Assembly (NCBI GenBank): GCA_009838645.1
Contig: VXRC01000045.1
Span: 1,594-65,593, forward strand
Origin: Gemmatimonadota bacterium
GTDB lineage: Bacteria; JAAXHH01
Direction: 5' to 3'
Length of the DNA: 64,000 bases
Below, one piece after another: positions 36,254 through 45,927 of the stretch (its first letter is position 1; each line of letters opens with the position of its first letter). A program made the position numbers and the translations under genes. The notes under the pieces were generated by a model, which saw only the letters and a program-made list of their open reading frames with translations, ran no database searches and was not told the origin of the DNA.

Positions 36254-39200
36254 TTGCACCTTAAACGAACCCTTTTCGGCCCTCTTGCCGGCCTGGTCCT
36301 GCCGCTCGCAATATTCGCGGTCTCCGCGTGCCAGACGTCGGGCGTCCGCGAGCGCGTGGCATACCTGGCCGAACCCATCGGCGACGGCCAGGTGGCCGCC
36401 GTGGTCGACTCGGTGCGGATCCGGCAGACCATCACCGACCTGGTGTCCTTCGGCTCGCGGGTGGCTGGCTACCCGGGCGCCACCGAAGCGGCCCACTACC
36501 TGGTCGGCCGCATGCGGGAGATGGGGCTGGAGGACGTGGAGCTGGAGGAGTTCGTTGCCTCCGTCCCCCATGACGAGGGCGGCGAACTGGCCCTCCTCGA
36601 CGACGCGGCCCTGGAATCCCGGACGATACCCATACACGCCGTGTGGCCCAATCTGGTCCGCACCTCTACGACGCCGCCAGGCGGGATCACCGGTAAGCTA
36701 TACTACGTGGGCAACGGCGAATGGGAGGATTTCAACGACATCGATCCCACCGGCGCCGTCTTCCTGATGGATTTCAATTCCGGCGTCAACTGGCAGCGGG
36801 CCGCCCAGCTCGGCGCCGGCGCCGTGATCTTCGTGGAACCCGACAACACCACGCGGGTGGACGGCGAGGAGAAGTATCTCCAGGTCCCGGTGGACTTCCC
36901 CCGGTTCTGGATGGCGAAGGAACAGGCCCGGCCCCTCGTCGCATACCTTGAAGAAAACGGCCCCCTGACCGTCCGGGCAAAGGGCCGCATGACGTGGAAA
37001 CGCCTTCCCGCTTACAACGTGCTGGGCAAGATCACGGGCACCCACCCGATGCTCAAGGACGAAGTCATCGTACTCGAGTCCTACTACGACTCCATGTCGC
37101 CCGTGCCGGCGGTGTCTCCGGGCGCGAACCAGGCCTCGGGCGCGGCCGCGCTCCTGGAGATCGCCCGGTACTTCGCCGCCCACCCGCCGGCCCGCACCGT
37201 GTATTTCCTGGCGACCTCGGGGCATTTCCTTTCCCTGAGCGGCGTGGACGACTTCACGAACCGCCATACGCGCAAGACGTCCTATTTCGCGGAGAAGCTC
37301 GACGAACCGATCGACATGAAGCTCTTCGCCGGCATCGATCTCTCCAGCGCCCGGGACCAGATCGGGGTCGCCTACGCAGGCATCCTCTTCGCCGGGAACT
37401 CCTTCGAGAAACAAAGGTTCTTCACGCCCTTCGGCCGTACCTTCATGGGGTACGCGGACGAAGTGATCCGGCGCGGCTTTTTCCCAAACGACGCGTTGAT
37501 GAACGTCATCACGCCGTCCCAAGGCATCCTGAGCACGGAGTTCTTCCCCGCGGGCAACATCGCCCTCGACGCGGAACTGGTCTTCTGGACGGGGTTTCCC
37601 GCCCTTACCTTCGCCACCGTGTTCGACGTGCGGGAGTACGTGGACACCCCCCTCGACGAAATCGACCGGGTGAACATCCGCAACGTATACACTCAGACCT
37701 TGCTGCTTTCGGAACTGTTCGGCAGGGCCGTCAACGACGCCATGCTCTTTCCGGATTTCAAGATGCAACTCGAAGACCGGTTCGTGCGGGGCCGCATCCG
37801 GGTGGTCGAATTCGATCCCCGGGAAGACTACATCCCGAGCAAGCCCAAGCCGGGGGCCGTGGTCCGCTTCCGCCGCTACAACAAGACCATCAGCGGGGTG
37901 AAGAACGAGATCTTCGTCGTGGCCGACAGCACCGGCGTGGCCGAGAGCACCGCGCTGGAGGCGGGCCGGACCTACCCGACGGAAGGTTTCGTCATGGACC
38001 CCGAGACGGGGGAAATCATCTACGCGCCGGACCGGGGTCCCTACGGCGAAGGCGCCTACCCGCTCGAGATCACGATGGACTGGGTGGACAAGGAGAAACC
38101 CACGGTGGTCTTCCGGTCCGACGCGACCAACCTCTACGACCTGGTGGACCCCCGGTTCCTGACCCGGCTCAACGAGGCGGTGGTGCTGGACGAATCGGGC
38201 AATCCGCCCCTGGAATGGGGCATGACCTTCCAGGAAGCCGGCTGGACCACGGGTTTCTCCTACGAGGAGGACACGGCCGTCGTCTTCACGCCGCCCGATA
38301 GCCGGTTCAAGGTCACCATGTCCACCGGCCTGTTCGGCCGCCGCCTGATCCTGACCAATGCCGACGAAGCAAACCCGGAGGGGGTCGGCTTCGAGTCGGG
38401 GGTCGGCGCCATCCCGCTGACTTCCTACCAGGTGGCGCGCGACATGTGGCACCTGGACGAGGCGCGGATCGGCGCGCTCAGATCCGTCGGCGTGAACAAC
38501 ACCCGGCTGGACGATTTCCACCGCGAGTCGGGCCGCCTGCTGGACCTGGCCGAAGCGGCCCGGCAGGCCCTGCAGTGGGACCGGTTCATCAAGTACGCCC
38601 GGGCCGCGTGGGGATACGAGTCCAGGGCCTACCCCGACGCGACGGGAACCGCCAACGACGTCGTGGAGGGCGTGCTCTTCTACATGGTACTGGTGATCCC
38701 CTTCGCCTACGCCCTCGAGCGGCTGCTCTTCGGCTTCGCCAATATCTATAAGCGGATCGGCGCCACGGCCGGCATCTTCCTCGCGGCGTACGGGGTGCTG
38801 CGCTTCACCCACCCGGCCTTCCAGATCACCACGGCGCCCGACATCGTCCTCCTCGCCTTCATGACCTTCGTACTCGCCGCCGTGGTCATCTGGCTCATAT
38901 CCCAGCGGTTCAGCCAGACCATGAGGGAGGTCCGGCAGCATGCCCACAGCGTCCAGACCACCGACGTGCGGCGCTCGAGCGCCCTGGGCACGGCCTTCGC
39001 CCTAGGCATCGGCAACATGCGCAAGCGCAAGGCCCGGACGCTTTTGACCTGCGCCACGCTGGTCCTGCTGGTCTTCACCGTGCTTTCCTTCACTTCCGTG
39101 CAGACCTTTCTCCGGATCCAGAAGGTGAGCACCGACACGGAGGCCGCCTACACGGGTTTCCTCGTACGGAACCCCAACTGGGCGCCGCTCCAGAAGCAGA

Positions 39201-40930
39201 CGCACCAGTACGTGCGTTCCGAGTTCGGGTCGACCGAGGCCGAGGACCGGGGCATCACCATCGTGCCGAGGTCCTGGTACGCCGGCGCTTCGCCCGGGGT
39301 GAAAACCTACATCAAGGCGGAGCATGCCGGGGCCAATGGGGCCATCCATTCCACCTACGCCTCGGGCATCCTGGGCGTGATGCCGGACGAACGGATAGTC
39401 AGCGGGCTGGACCGGGCCCTGATATCGGGCCGGTGGTTCGAAGGCGACGAGCGCGACGTGTGCATCATTCCCACCGAAATGGCGCGGCTGCTGGGGATGG
39501 CGGAAGGGGCCGACGGCCCGGCAACGACGGACGGTAACGGCGGCCCGGTGAGGGCTGAAGGGTCCGGCGGCCCGCGGGAGATCCGCATTTTCGGCAAGCC
39601 CTTTACGGTCATCGGCATATTCGATTCAGCCGTGATGGACCAGATCACCGACCTGGACGGCGAACCGCTCACTCCCGTCGACTACACGGCGACCGGACGC
39701 GATCTGCTCACGGAAATCGCCCTGATGGACTACGAGGAAGAACCGGTGGAGATGGTCCGGTTCGAACACCTCCCCGCGGCGAACCTGATCCTCGCGCCGC
39801 AGGCCTATGTGAACGACCTGGGCGGAACCCTGAGGTCCGTGGCGGTCCGGTTCCCGACGGAGGATGCGGCCGAAGCCCGCCTTGACCGCTTCATGCAGCG
39901 CCTGGGGATCCCCGTGGTGGCCTCAGTCGGCGGCGAGGTCGCGGTGCACAGCGCCATGTCGCTGAGTTCCCTGTCCGGCCTGGGCAACCTGTTCATCCCC
40001 ATGGTCGTCGCCGCCCTCATCATCCTGAACACCATGATGAACGCCGTCTACGAGCGCTTCAGCGAGATCGGGGTATACAGCGCCGTGGGCCTGGCGCCGG
40101 CCCATATCGGCGCGCTCTTCATGGCCGAGGCGGCCATGTACGCCGTCATAGGGGGCATGTCCGGCTACCTCATCGGCCAGACCGTGGCCCTGGGCATCAC
40201 GGAATACCAGTTGCTCGCGGGACTCACGCTGAACTACTCGTCTCTCTCCGCCGTGGCCTCCACGGCCATGGTCATGGCAGTGGTCATGCTGTCGACGATC
40301 TATCCAGCGCGGCAGGCCTCCCAGATGGCCGTCCCGGACGTCAACCGGCAGTGGTCCTTCCCCGATCCCGAGGGAGACGACTGGCGTTTCGAGTTCCCCT
40401 TCACCATCAGCCGGAAGGAGACACTCGGCCTCTGCGCCTACCTGACGCGGTTCTTCGAGTCGTACGGCGAGAGCACCCTGGGCAGCTTCATGACGGACGA
40501 GGTGGCGCTGATTGGGACGAACGGATCTGCTCCGGCAGCAGGGCGATCGGGCGGCCGGACGGCCAGCGCCGGTCCGGGTGAGATGCGGGTGTCCGATGCC
40601 GGTCCGGACACGTCCACCTACGAAATCAGCATGAAGACCTGGCTGGCGCCTTACGACACGGGGGTCAGCCAACGCGTGTCCCTCCACGCGACCCCCGCCG
40701 AGGAAGAACACGATCTGTACGCGGTGTGGGTGCACATCTACCGTCTGAGCGGCGACGTGGATTCATGGCAACGGCTCAACCGGCGTTTCCTGAATGTGCT
40801 GCGCAAGCAGTTCCTGGTATGGCGCACCGTGGACCAGGAGGTCAAGACGGTCTACGCGGACGAGGGGCGAGAGATGATCGCGGCAACGACGGGAGAAGCT
40901 GTCGTGGGAGACGCGGGACAGGTATCATGA
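36254..40930 (+). CDS. Giant fusion protein: lipoprotein signal + PA domain + M28-like (likely non-catalytic) ectodomain + tandem FtsX/MacB-type permease repeats
   Basis: 1558 aa. N-terminal lipobox LAIFAVSACQ. PA-domain block GKLYYVGNGEWEDF...GAGAVIFVEPDN. M28-like block SYYDSMSPVPAVSPGANQASGAAALLEIARYF, where the usual Asp of GA-ND-SG is Q. Three TM helices at about aa 800-870. A second FtsX repeat follows: TM at TLLTCATLVLLVFTVLSF, a loop of about 330 aa, then NTMMNAVYERFSEIGVYSAVGL...YLIGQ (FtsX signature). Confidence 0.6.
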   Translation: MHLKRTLFGPLAGLVLPLAIFAVSACQTSGVRERVAYLAEPIGDGQVAAVVDSVRIRQTITDLVSFGSRVAGYPGATEAAHYLVGRMREMGLEDVELEEFVASVPHDEGGELALLDDAALESRTIPIHAVWPNLVRTSTTPPGGITGKLYYVGNGEWEDFNDIDPTGAVFLMDFNSGVNWQRAAQLGAGAVIFVEPDNTTRVDGEEKYLQVPVDFPRFWMAKEQARPLVAYLEENGPLTVRAKGRMTWKRLPAYNVLGKITGTHPMLKDEVIVLESYYDSMSPVPAVSPGANQASGAAALLEIARYFAAHPPARTVYFLATSGHFLSLSGVDDFTNRHTRKTSYFAEKLDEPIDMKLFAGIDLSSARDQIGVAYAGILFAGNSFEKQRFFTPFGRTFMGYADEVIRRGFFPNDALMNVITPSQGILSTEFFPAGNIALDAELVFWTGFPALTFATVFDVREYVDTPLDEIDRVNIRNVYTQTLLLSELFGRAVNDAMLFPDFKMQLEDRFVRGRIRVVEFDPREDYIPSKPKPGAVVRFRRYNKTISGVKNEIFVVADSTGVAESTALEAGRTYPTEGFVMDPETGEIIYAPDRGPYGEGAYPLEITMDWVDKEKPTVVFRSDATNLYDLVDPRFLTRLNEAVVLDESGNPPLEWGMTFQEAGWTTGFSYEEDTAVVFTPPDSRFKVTMSTGLFGRRLILTNADEANPEGVGFESGVGAIPLTSYQVARDMWHLDEARIGALRSVGVNNTRLDDFHRESGRLLDLAEAARQALQWDRFIKYARAAWGYESRAYPDATGTANDVVEGVLFYMVLVIPFAYALERLLFGFANIYKRIGATAGIFLAAYGVLRFTHPAFQITTAPDIVLLAFMTFVLAAVVIWLISQRFSQTMREVRQHAHSVQTTDVRRSSALGTAFALGIGNMRKRKARTLLTCATLVLLVFTVLSFTSVQTFLRIQKVSTDTEAAYTGFLVRNPNWAPLQKQTHQYVRSEFGSTEAEDRGITIVPRSWYAGASPGVKTYIKAEHAGANGAIHSTYASGILGVMPDERIVSGLDRALISGRWFEGDERDVCIIPTEMARLLGMAEGADGPATTDGNGGPVRAEGSGGPREIRIFGKPFTVIGIFDSAVMDQITDLDGEPLTPVDYTATGRDLLTEIALMDYEEEPVEMVRFEHLPAANLILAPQAYVNDLGGTLRSVAVRFPTEDAAEARLDRFMQRLGIPVVASVGGEVAVHSAMSLSSLSGLGNLFIPMVVAALIILNTMMNAVYERFSEIGVYSAVGLAPAHIGALFMAEAAMYAVIGGMSGYLIGQTVALGITEYQLLAGLTLNYSSLSAVASTAMVMAVVMLSTIYPARQASQMAVPDVNRQWSFPDPEGDDWRFEFPFTISRKETLGLCAYLTRFFESYGESTLGSFMTDEVALIGTNGSAPAAGRSGGRTASAGPGEMRVSDAGPDTSTYEISMKTWLAPYDTGVSQRVSLHATPAEEEHDLYAVWVHIYRLSGDVDSWQRLNRRFLNVLRKQFLVWRTVDQEVKTVYADEGREMIAATTGEAVVGDAGQVS

Positions 40931-41460
40931 AAGGCGACGGCAACGGAAGCCCCGGTGGTCCTAGTAGTTCCGGAAATCCCGGAGGCACCGGAGGCCCCGC
41001 TGGCCCCGGAGGCCCCTGGCTCAGGACGCTCATGGACCAGAACGTACGGGTCATGACCCCGGGATCCGCCACGGAGGATCGCGTCACGGTCATCGAGGCC
41101 GTCGAACCGCCCCACAGCCCGCCGCCCGTATTCACCCGGCACGCCTTCATCGAGATGTTCCTGGTCGTCAAGGGCGCCTTGACCTTCCAGTTCCTCCACG
41201 AAAGCGCCTTCGTGCTCGAAGCCGGAGAGATGGTAACGGTTCCCGGATGGAAACCCCATTCGTTCTGGAACGACGGTGATGATCCCGCCCGAATCATGCT
41301 GATCTGCACGCCCGCGGGACTGGATCGGTTCTTCGAGGCTTCCGACCGGTTGTTGCGGCGCATTCCCGTCGATACGTCCGATCCTGAGGAGTTGAAAGGG
41401 GAGATGGCCTGCCTGCGGGAAGAGTTTGGGCTGGAACACGTGGCGCCGCCGCCGGGGTGA
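40927..41460 (+). CDS. Cupin-domain protein with Gly-rich N-terminus
   Basis: Start overlaps the stop of the giant gene (ATGA). Cupin-like core VTVPGWKPHSFWNDGDDPARIMLI. Confidence 0.5.
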   Translation: MKGDGNGSPGGPSSSGNPGGTGGPAGPGGPWLRTLMDQNVRVMTPGSATEDRVTVIEAVEPPHSPPPVFTRHAFIEMFLVVKGALTFQFLHESAFVLEAGEMVTVPGWKPHSFWNDGDDPARIMLICTPAGLDRFFEASDRLLRRIPVDTSDPEELKGEMACLREEFGLEHVAPPPG

Positions 41461-41488
41461 CAGGGTCTGCGGTGCCAGGTGGGCGGTC

Positions 41489-41869
41489 CTACCAGACAGC
41501 CTTCTCGTAAAAACTGCGGAGCACGTTGTCCGAAGTCACCAGCGGGGAGTTGTGCAGAGAAGCCGTGGCTACGATCGTCCGGTCGACAGGATCCCGGTGA
41601 TTCCAATCCAGTTGCAGATTCCTGATCCAGGTACTCAGATCCACGGGCAGTATTTCCACCCGACTGGTTTGCTCCAGGTTTTCCAGGTATTCCCCGCCGG
41701 AAAGTGGCAGTACAAGCCCGCCCCGCTCCACTTTGATCCCGATCTCCCAAATCGATATCGAACTGACGCCTACGCGGTCGGCCTGTGAGATGGCCTGTTC
41801 GGCGGTTTTGGACAGGCGGCCCGGATCCAGCGTCCAGAATATCAGTGAGGACGTATCCAGTACGACCAT
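41489..41869 (-). CDS. vapC: PIN-domain toxin VapC
   Basis: 126 aa. Begins MVVLDTSSLI (beta1 Asp). Also SIWEIG, HRDPVDRTIVATA, LVTSD, the PIN acidic tetrad pattern. Confidence 0.75.
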   Translation of the reverse strand: MVVLDTSSLIFWTLDPGRLSKTAEQAISQADRVGVSSISIWEIGIKVERGGLVLPLSGGEYLENLEQTSRVEILPVDLSTWIRNLQLDWNHRDPVDRTIVATASLHNSPLVTSDNVLRSFYEKAVW

Positions 41870-42099
41870 TACGCTTCATCCCATTCGTCGGTGGTGGGCG
41901 TGTTGATGTCCTCGTGGTAGACGACTTTCCCGCGTAGTTTCTCGAACACCCTGTCAACCGGTTGCTTTGTTCCAATGGGCCGAATGCGCAGCACCGGACG
42001 CCGGTAGTGCGTCACGATCAGCTCCTCACCCGATTCCTCGATTTCCCTGAAGACCTGGAGCATGTTGGCCTTGAGCTTGCTTTTTGAGATGGTCGGCAT
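41869..42099 (-). CDS. Phd/YefM-family antitoxin
   Basis: 76 aa: MPTISKSKLKANMLQVFREIEESGEELIVTHYRRPVLRIRPIG. Its stop overlaps the vapC start. Confidence 0.7.
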   Translation of the reverse strand: MPTISKSKLKANMLQVFREIEESGEELIVTHYRRPVLRIRPIGTKQPVDRVFEKLRGKVVYHEDINTPTTDEWDEA

Positions 42100-42119
42100 G
42101 TGGTCCTCGGGTGATATAA

Positions 42120-42150
42120 AATGACTATGGTCATGTCTATGGTCATATAG
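42120..42150 (-). promoter_or_regulatory. Putative TA-operon operator: two direct repeats CTATGGTCAT 2 nt apart within an AT-rich promoter
   Basis: Sequence gatataaaatgaCTATGGTCATgtCTATGGTCATatag lies immediately upstream of the antitoxin start. Confidence 0.35.
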
Positions 42151-42200
42151 TAAGGTCTGTTTCGATATTCGTCAACCTTAATTAGAGGAGAATCTTAGGA

Positions 42201-43355
42201 CTACACGTCCACGGGCCGCAGATCCAGGGCCAGATCGCGGAAGTCCTTCACCCGGTGGAGGGTGATCAGGTTGGTGTCGTGCTGGTTCTTGCCGCCCCGG
42301 GCGGTGCGGGCGACGACCAGGAGATCGTCTCCGGAGATAACCTGCGAGGCGTAGCTGAAGGACTCCACCATGCTCCTGCTCATGGCCACGCAGCCGGCCT
42401 GGAACCAGTTGAGCGCGTCCACGCTGTACATGAGCATCAGGATGCGCCGCTCGTTGCCCGGGGGACCGCTGAAACCGATGCGGCGAAGGGGTTCCCGGTC
42501 CTGCCACGGGTTGGTGGACAGGGTCACGGTCGTCCAGTACAGGCCATCTTTCTCGTCGTGGACGATCTGGAATTTGCACTGGGCGCCCGGCATGGGGTGG
42601 AACTGGACGAACCGGTAGTCCAGGGTCTCGCCGTCGTCCTCGACTCGGCCGATGGAGGCCAGGCTCGACGTCGTGTGGCCGTCGACGATCGTGCGCATGA
42701 TCATCCGGATCTCGCCGTCCACCCGTACGATGTTGCCTTCCAGGAAGCTGTCGGCCGGCACCTTGTCCTCCCCGCTCTCCGGATACCTTCGTTGAGAAAG
42801 CACGTCCGGGATGCCCGGGAACCGGACGTGGTTGGATATGCGCCAGGCCGCCGGATCGAGCAGATCGCGCGACAGGTCGCCGGCCACCACCAGCGACTTC
42901 CAGTCGAAGCGGCTCGGCGCGTCGCAGGTCTCGAAGGCCCGGTAGGCGTAGCCGTTGTGGATTAGCACCGGCGTGGGCGCACAGTGGTGCCTGCCCTCGA
43001 AGAGCGTGACCGGTCCTTCCCAGGTGAGGCCACCGTCTCGGGATCGGCCGATGACGATATCCCGGCTCCTCCGCCGGTTGCCGATGAGGTAGGCATCGTC
43101 TTCGTAAGACCAGATGGTTGCCCAGATGAAGTCCAGGTTAGCCGCGAGGGTCCACGTGGCGCCGTCGTCGTCGCTGATCAGCACTTCGGTCTGATCCGGC
43201 ACGCGTTCCTTGAGCGGGCTGGGGCGAAACCACTCGTAACTGGCGAGCAGGCGTCCCGAGCGCATCCGGGCGATCGAGGGCGAACCGGCGTACACGTTCT
43301 CCGGATCGGGCGATGAGGCCAAAACGAGGTAGTCGTCGGCGAGCTGTTGGTTCAT
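42201..43355 (-). CDS. BNR/Asp-box repeat protein, sialidase-like (GH33-like beta-propeller), cytoplasmic
   Basis: Asp-box motifs SDDDGATW and SRDGGLTW. No signal peptide. 384 aa. Confidence 0.6.
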   Translation of the reverse strand: MNQQLADDYLVLASSPDPENVYAGSPSIARMRSGRLLASYEWFRPSPLKERVPDQTEVLISDDDGATWTLAANLDFIWATIWSYEDDAYLIGNRRRSRDIVIGRSRDGGLTWEGPVTLFEGRHHCAPTPVLIHNGYAYRAFETCDAPSRFDWKSLVVAGDLSRDLLDPAAWRISNHVRFPGIPDVLSQRRYPESGEDKVPADSFLEGNIVRVDGEIRMIMRTIVDGHTTSSLASIGRVEDDGETLDYRFVQFHPMPGAQCKFQIVHDEKDGLYWTTVTLSTNPWQDREPLRRIGFSGPPGNERRILMLMYSVDALNWFQAGCVAMSRSMVESFSYASQVISGDDLLVVARTARGGKNQHDTNLITLHRVKDFRDLALDLRPVDV

Positions 43356-43583
43356 TTTTCAAGAGCTCCGGGAGGATGAGATGGACAGTCGGTCTGTGGG
43401 ATTGAATATCGATTTTACCGGGAAGGAATGGCCTTGTCAACATAGCCATTGATCTGAACATAGCCCTTGATCTGTTCCGCCCACCTTATGTATCATAGAA
43501 CCGATCACCGAAATCCCCATCGCAATCTTTCTGAATAGTCCGAATTAAAGCAACTGAACCGGGTAAGCCGGGAGGATACGCAC

Positions 43584-44765
43584 ATGGCTGGTAGAACTCA
43601 CCTGTCCCGCAGAGACGTGCTGATCAAGGGAGGAATCGCGACAGCCGGCATGACGCTGCTGCCTTCCCACGTGCTGGCCCAGTTGGACCAACTGGCGCGG
43701 GACGAAACGCCTGTAAACTGGATCGACGAATTCGGGCCGCCCCGAAGCCCCGATTTCGTGCTGCTGGACTGGAATGGCCTGGAGTCGTGGATTACACCCG
43801 TGGAACAGTTTTTCTCGGCCAGCCACTATCCTGAACCGACTGTCGACGGTGATACCTACAGTCTCGAAATCACGGGCGCGGTGAGACAGAGGCTCAACCT
43901 GAGCCTGGAGGAGATCAAATCCATGCCGCGCAGGGACCTCGACTTCACCCTCGAATGCTCGGGCAACCGGGGCGTTCCCGTCTTCCGAGGCGGGGTGTAC
44001 AACGCCCGGTGGACCGGCACGCCGCTGGCGCCGATCCTGGAGCGGGCGGGGATGTGGGATAATGGCATGGAGGTGGTTTTCTTCGGGCATGACGAAGGGG
44101 AGGAGGTCATCACGCCCCGCCGCAGCGAGCCGCTGACCATGAAGCAGAACTTCGCCCGTTCGCTCACCATGGCGCAGGCCATGGACCCGGACATCCTGCT
44201 GTGCTACGAGGTGAACGGCCAGACGCTGCCGCCGAAGCACGGCTACCCCCTGCGCCTTATCGTACCCGGCTGGTACGGGATTACCCAGGTGAAGTGGCTG
44301 AAACGCATCGAAGTGCGCACCACCCGGTACATGGGCCGCTTCATCTCGCGGGATTACGTCACGATCCGCGAGGAGACTCACAACGGAGAGACCGTGTGGC
44401 GCCAGGAGTCCGTGGGCAGAGGCCGCATCAACTCCGTCACGGCGCGGGTCACCCGGGTTGGTCCCCTGCACCGGATCTACGGCGCGGTCTGGGGCGAACC
44501 GCTCAGGGCGGTGCAGGTGCGCATCGACGACGGTCCGTGGCAGACGGCGGAGATCATCGAGGGAGAGGACGCCGAGTACGCCTGGAAGTTCTGGCGCCTG
44601 GACTGGGACCGCCCATCTCCCGGCGAGCATACGATCACGTCGCGGGGCGTAACGACGGCCGGCACGGTGCAGCCGGCGCCGGACGACCCCTACCTGGCCG
44701 GCAAGAAGACCTACTGGGAGAGCAACGGACAGGTAACCCGTACGATACGGACCTTCGAAAGCTAG
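43584..44765 (+). CDS. Sulfite-oxidase-family molybdopterin oxidoreductase with Tat signal
   Basis: Tat motif SRRDVLIKGGIATAGMTLL. Moco-binding region CSGNRGVP...WTGTPL, HGYPLRLIVPGWYGITQVKWLKRIEV. C-terminal dimerisation-like domain. Confidence 0.7.
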   Translation: MAGRTHLSRRDVLIKGGIATAGMTLLPSHVLAQLDQLARDETPVNWIDEFGPPRSPDFVLLDWNGLESWITPVEQFFSASHYPEPTVDGDTYSLEITGAVRQRLNLSLEEIKSMPRRDLDFTLECSGNRGVPVFRGGVYNARWTGTPLAPILERAGMWDNGMEVVFFGHDEGEEVITPRRSEPLTMKQNFARSLTMAQAMDPDILLCYEVNGQTLPPKHGYPLRLIVPGWYGITQVKWLKRIEVRTTRYMGRFISRDYVTIREETHNGETVWRQESVGRGRINSVTARVTRVGPLHRIYGAVWGEPLRAVQVRIDDGPWQTAEIIEGEDAEYAWKFWRLDWDRPSPGEHTITSRGVTTAGTVQPAPDDPYLAGKKTYWESNGQVTRTIRTFES

Positions 44766-44783
44766 GGAACCGTTTCCCGATCC

Positions 44784-45914
44784 ATGATCATCGATTCCCA
44801 CGCGTACTGCTTTCCGCCGGGTGACGCGAAAGCCGGGTATGGCGATGCCCGGGACCACCTACAGTGGATGCAGGCCGAACACGCGGTCCATCACCAGCCG
44901 GCCTGGCGGGTCCGGGACCGGGTCCCCGCTTCGTCGGAGGCGATCGCGCCGGCGGCGCCCGGCGACTGGTCCACGCTCCCCGACGTGGATTTCCGCGTCG
45001 ATCGTACCCACGGCCGCGTGGTGTGGACGATCGACGGCGAAGACTACACCAAGCAGTTCTACCCGCCCCACCTGCGCAATCTCGAATACACGCCTGGCGA
45101 CCTGATCGCCGAGATGGACTACGCGGGCGTGGACGCCGCCCTGCTTCATACCAATCCCATGCTGTGCCGCGACAGCGCCTTTCAGGCCGCGTGTGTCGAA
45201 GCCGCCCCGGACCGCCTGTACTCCATGGCACCCGTGGACGAGTGGCGCATCGCCGCGAAAACGGACCGGGTGATCGAAGAGATCGAACGGGCCGTGCGGG
45301 ATCACGGGCTGCACGCCGTCAAGTTCAATGCCTCGCTGGCCTACCGCGGGAGCGGGAAGCCGTGGAGCCACGGCGCCTACCAGCCGTTCTGGGACGCCGT
45401 GACCGCGTTGAACGTCCCGGTTTTCTTCACCCTCGGTGCCGGACCCGTCCTCGGCTACCATGCCGACCTCACGCAGGGGTACTTAGGCGAACTCGCCGTG
45501 CTCATGGACTGGATGGACCGGTACCCGGACACGGTCTGCAGCATCACTCACGGTTTCCCCTGGCGCATGTTCATAGACGGCGACCGCCTGGTTCTGCCGG
45601 ACGGCCTGTGGAGACCCTTCGAAAACCCCAACCTCAGCCTGGAAGTTTGCTTTCCCGTGCGGATCGGCGATCTGTTCGACTATCCCTATCGCGAGGTCTG
45701 GGCCGCGCTGGAGGAGATGGTCGGCCGGATCGGGTCGGACCGGTTGCTGTGGGGCACGGACATGCCCTTCCAGAACCGGTTCTGCACTTACCGCCAGTCC
45801 CGGGACTGGATCGAGAAGTACGCGGATTTCCTAAGCGAGGCGGACCTGACCGCGATCATGGGCGGTACCGCCGCGCGCATACTGGGCATCGCCAGCACCC
45901 GCAAGTTTACATAA
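44784..45914 (+). CDS. Amidohydrolase-2 (PF04909-like) family metal-dependent hydrolase
   Basis: N-terminal MIIDSHAY (metal-binding HxH context), and the late block WGTDMPF typical of ACMSD/LigI-type amidohydrolases. Confidence 0.6.
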   Translation: MIIDSHAYCFPPGDAKAGYGDARDHLQWMQAEHAVHHQPAWRVRDRVPASSEAIAPAAPGDWSTLPDVDFRVDRTHGRVVWTIDGEDYTKQFYPPHLRNLEYTPGDLIAEMDYAGVDAALLHTNPMLCRDSAFQAACVEAAPDRLYSMAPVDEWRIAAKTDRVIEEIERAVRDHGLHAVKFNASLAYRGSGKPWSHGAYQPFWDAVTALNVPVFFTLGAGPVLGYHADLTQGYLGELAVLMDWMDRYPDTVCSITHGFPWRMFIDGDRLVLPDGLWRPFENPNLSLEVCFPVRIGDLFDYPYREVWAALEEMVGRIGSDRLLWGTDMPFQNRFCTYRQSRDWIEKYADFLSEADLTAIMGGTAARILGIASTRKFT

Positions 45915-45927
45915 CACGGAGGATTCC

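Noticed and set aside
34054-36637. Minus ORFs of 395 and 439 aa
   Set aside because: Antisense of the ABC ATPase and the PhyH-2 / giant gene N-terminus.
36698-38947. 749-aa minus ORF
   Set aside because: Antisense of the 1558-aa gene. No motifs.
43545-44858. 437-aa minus ORF
   Set aside because: Antisense of the sulfite-oxidase-family gene.
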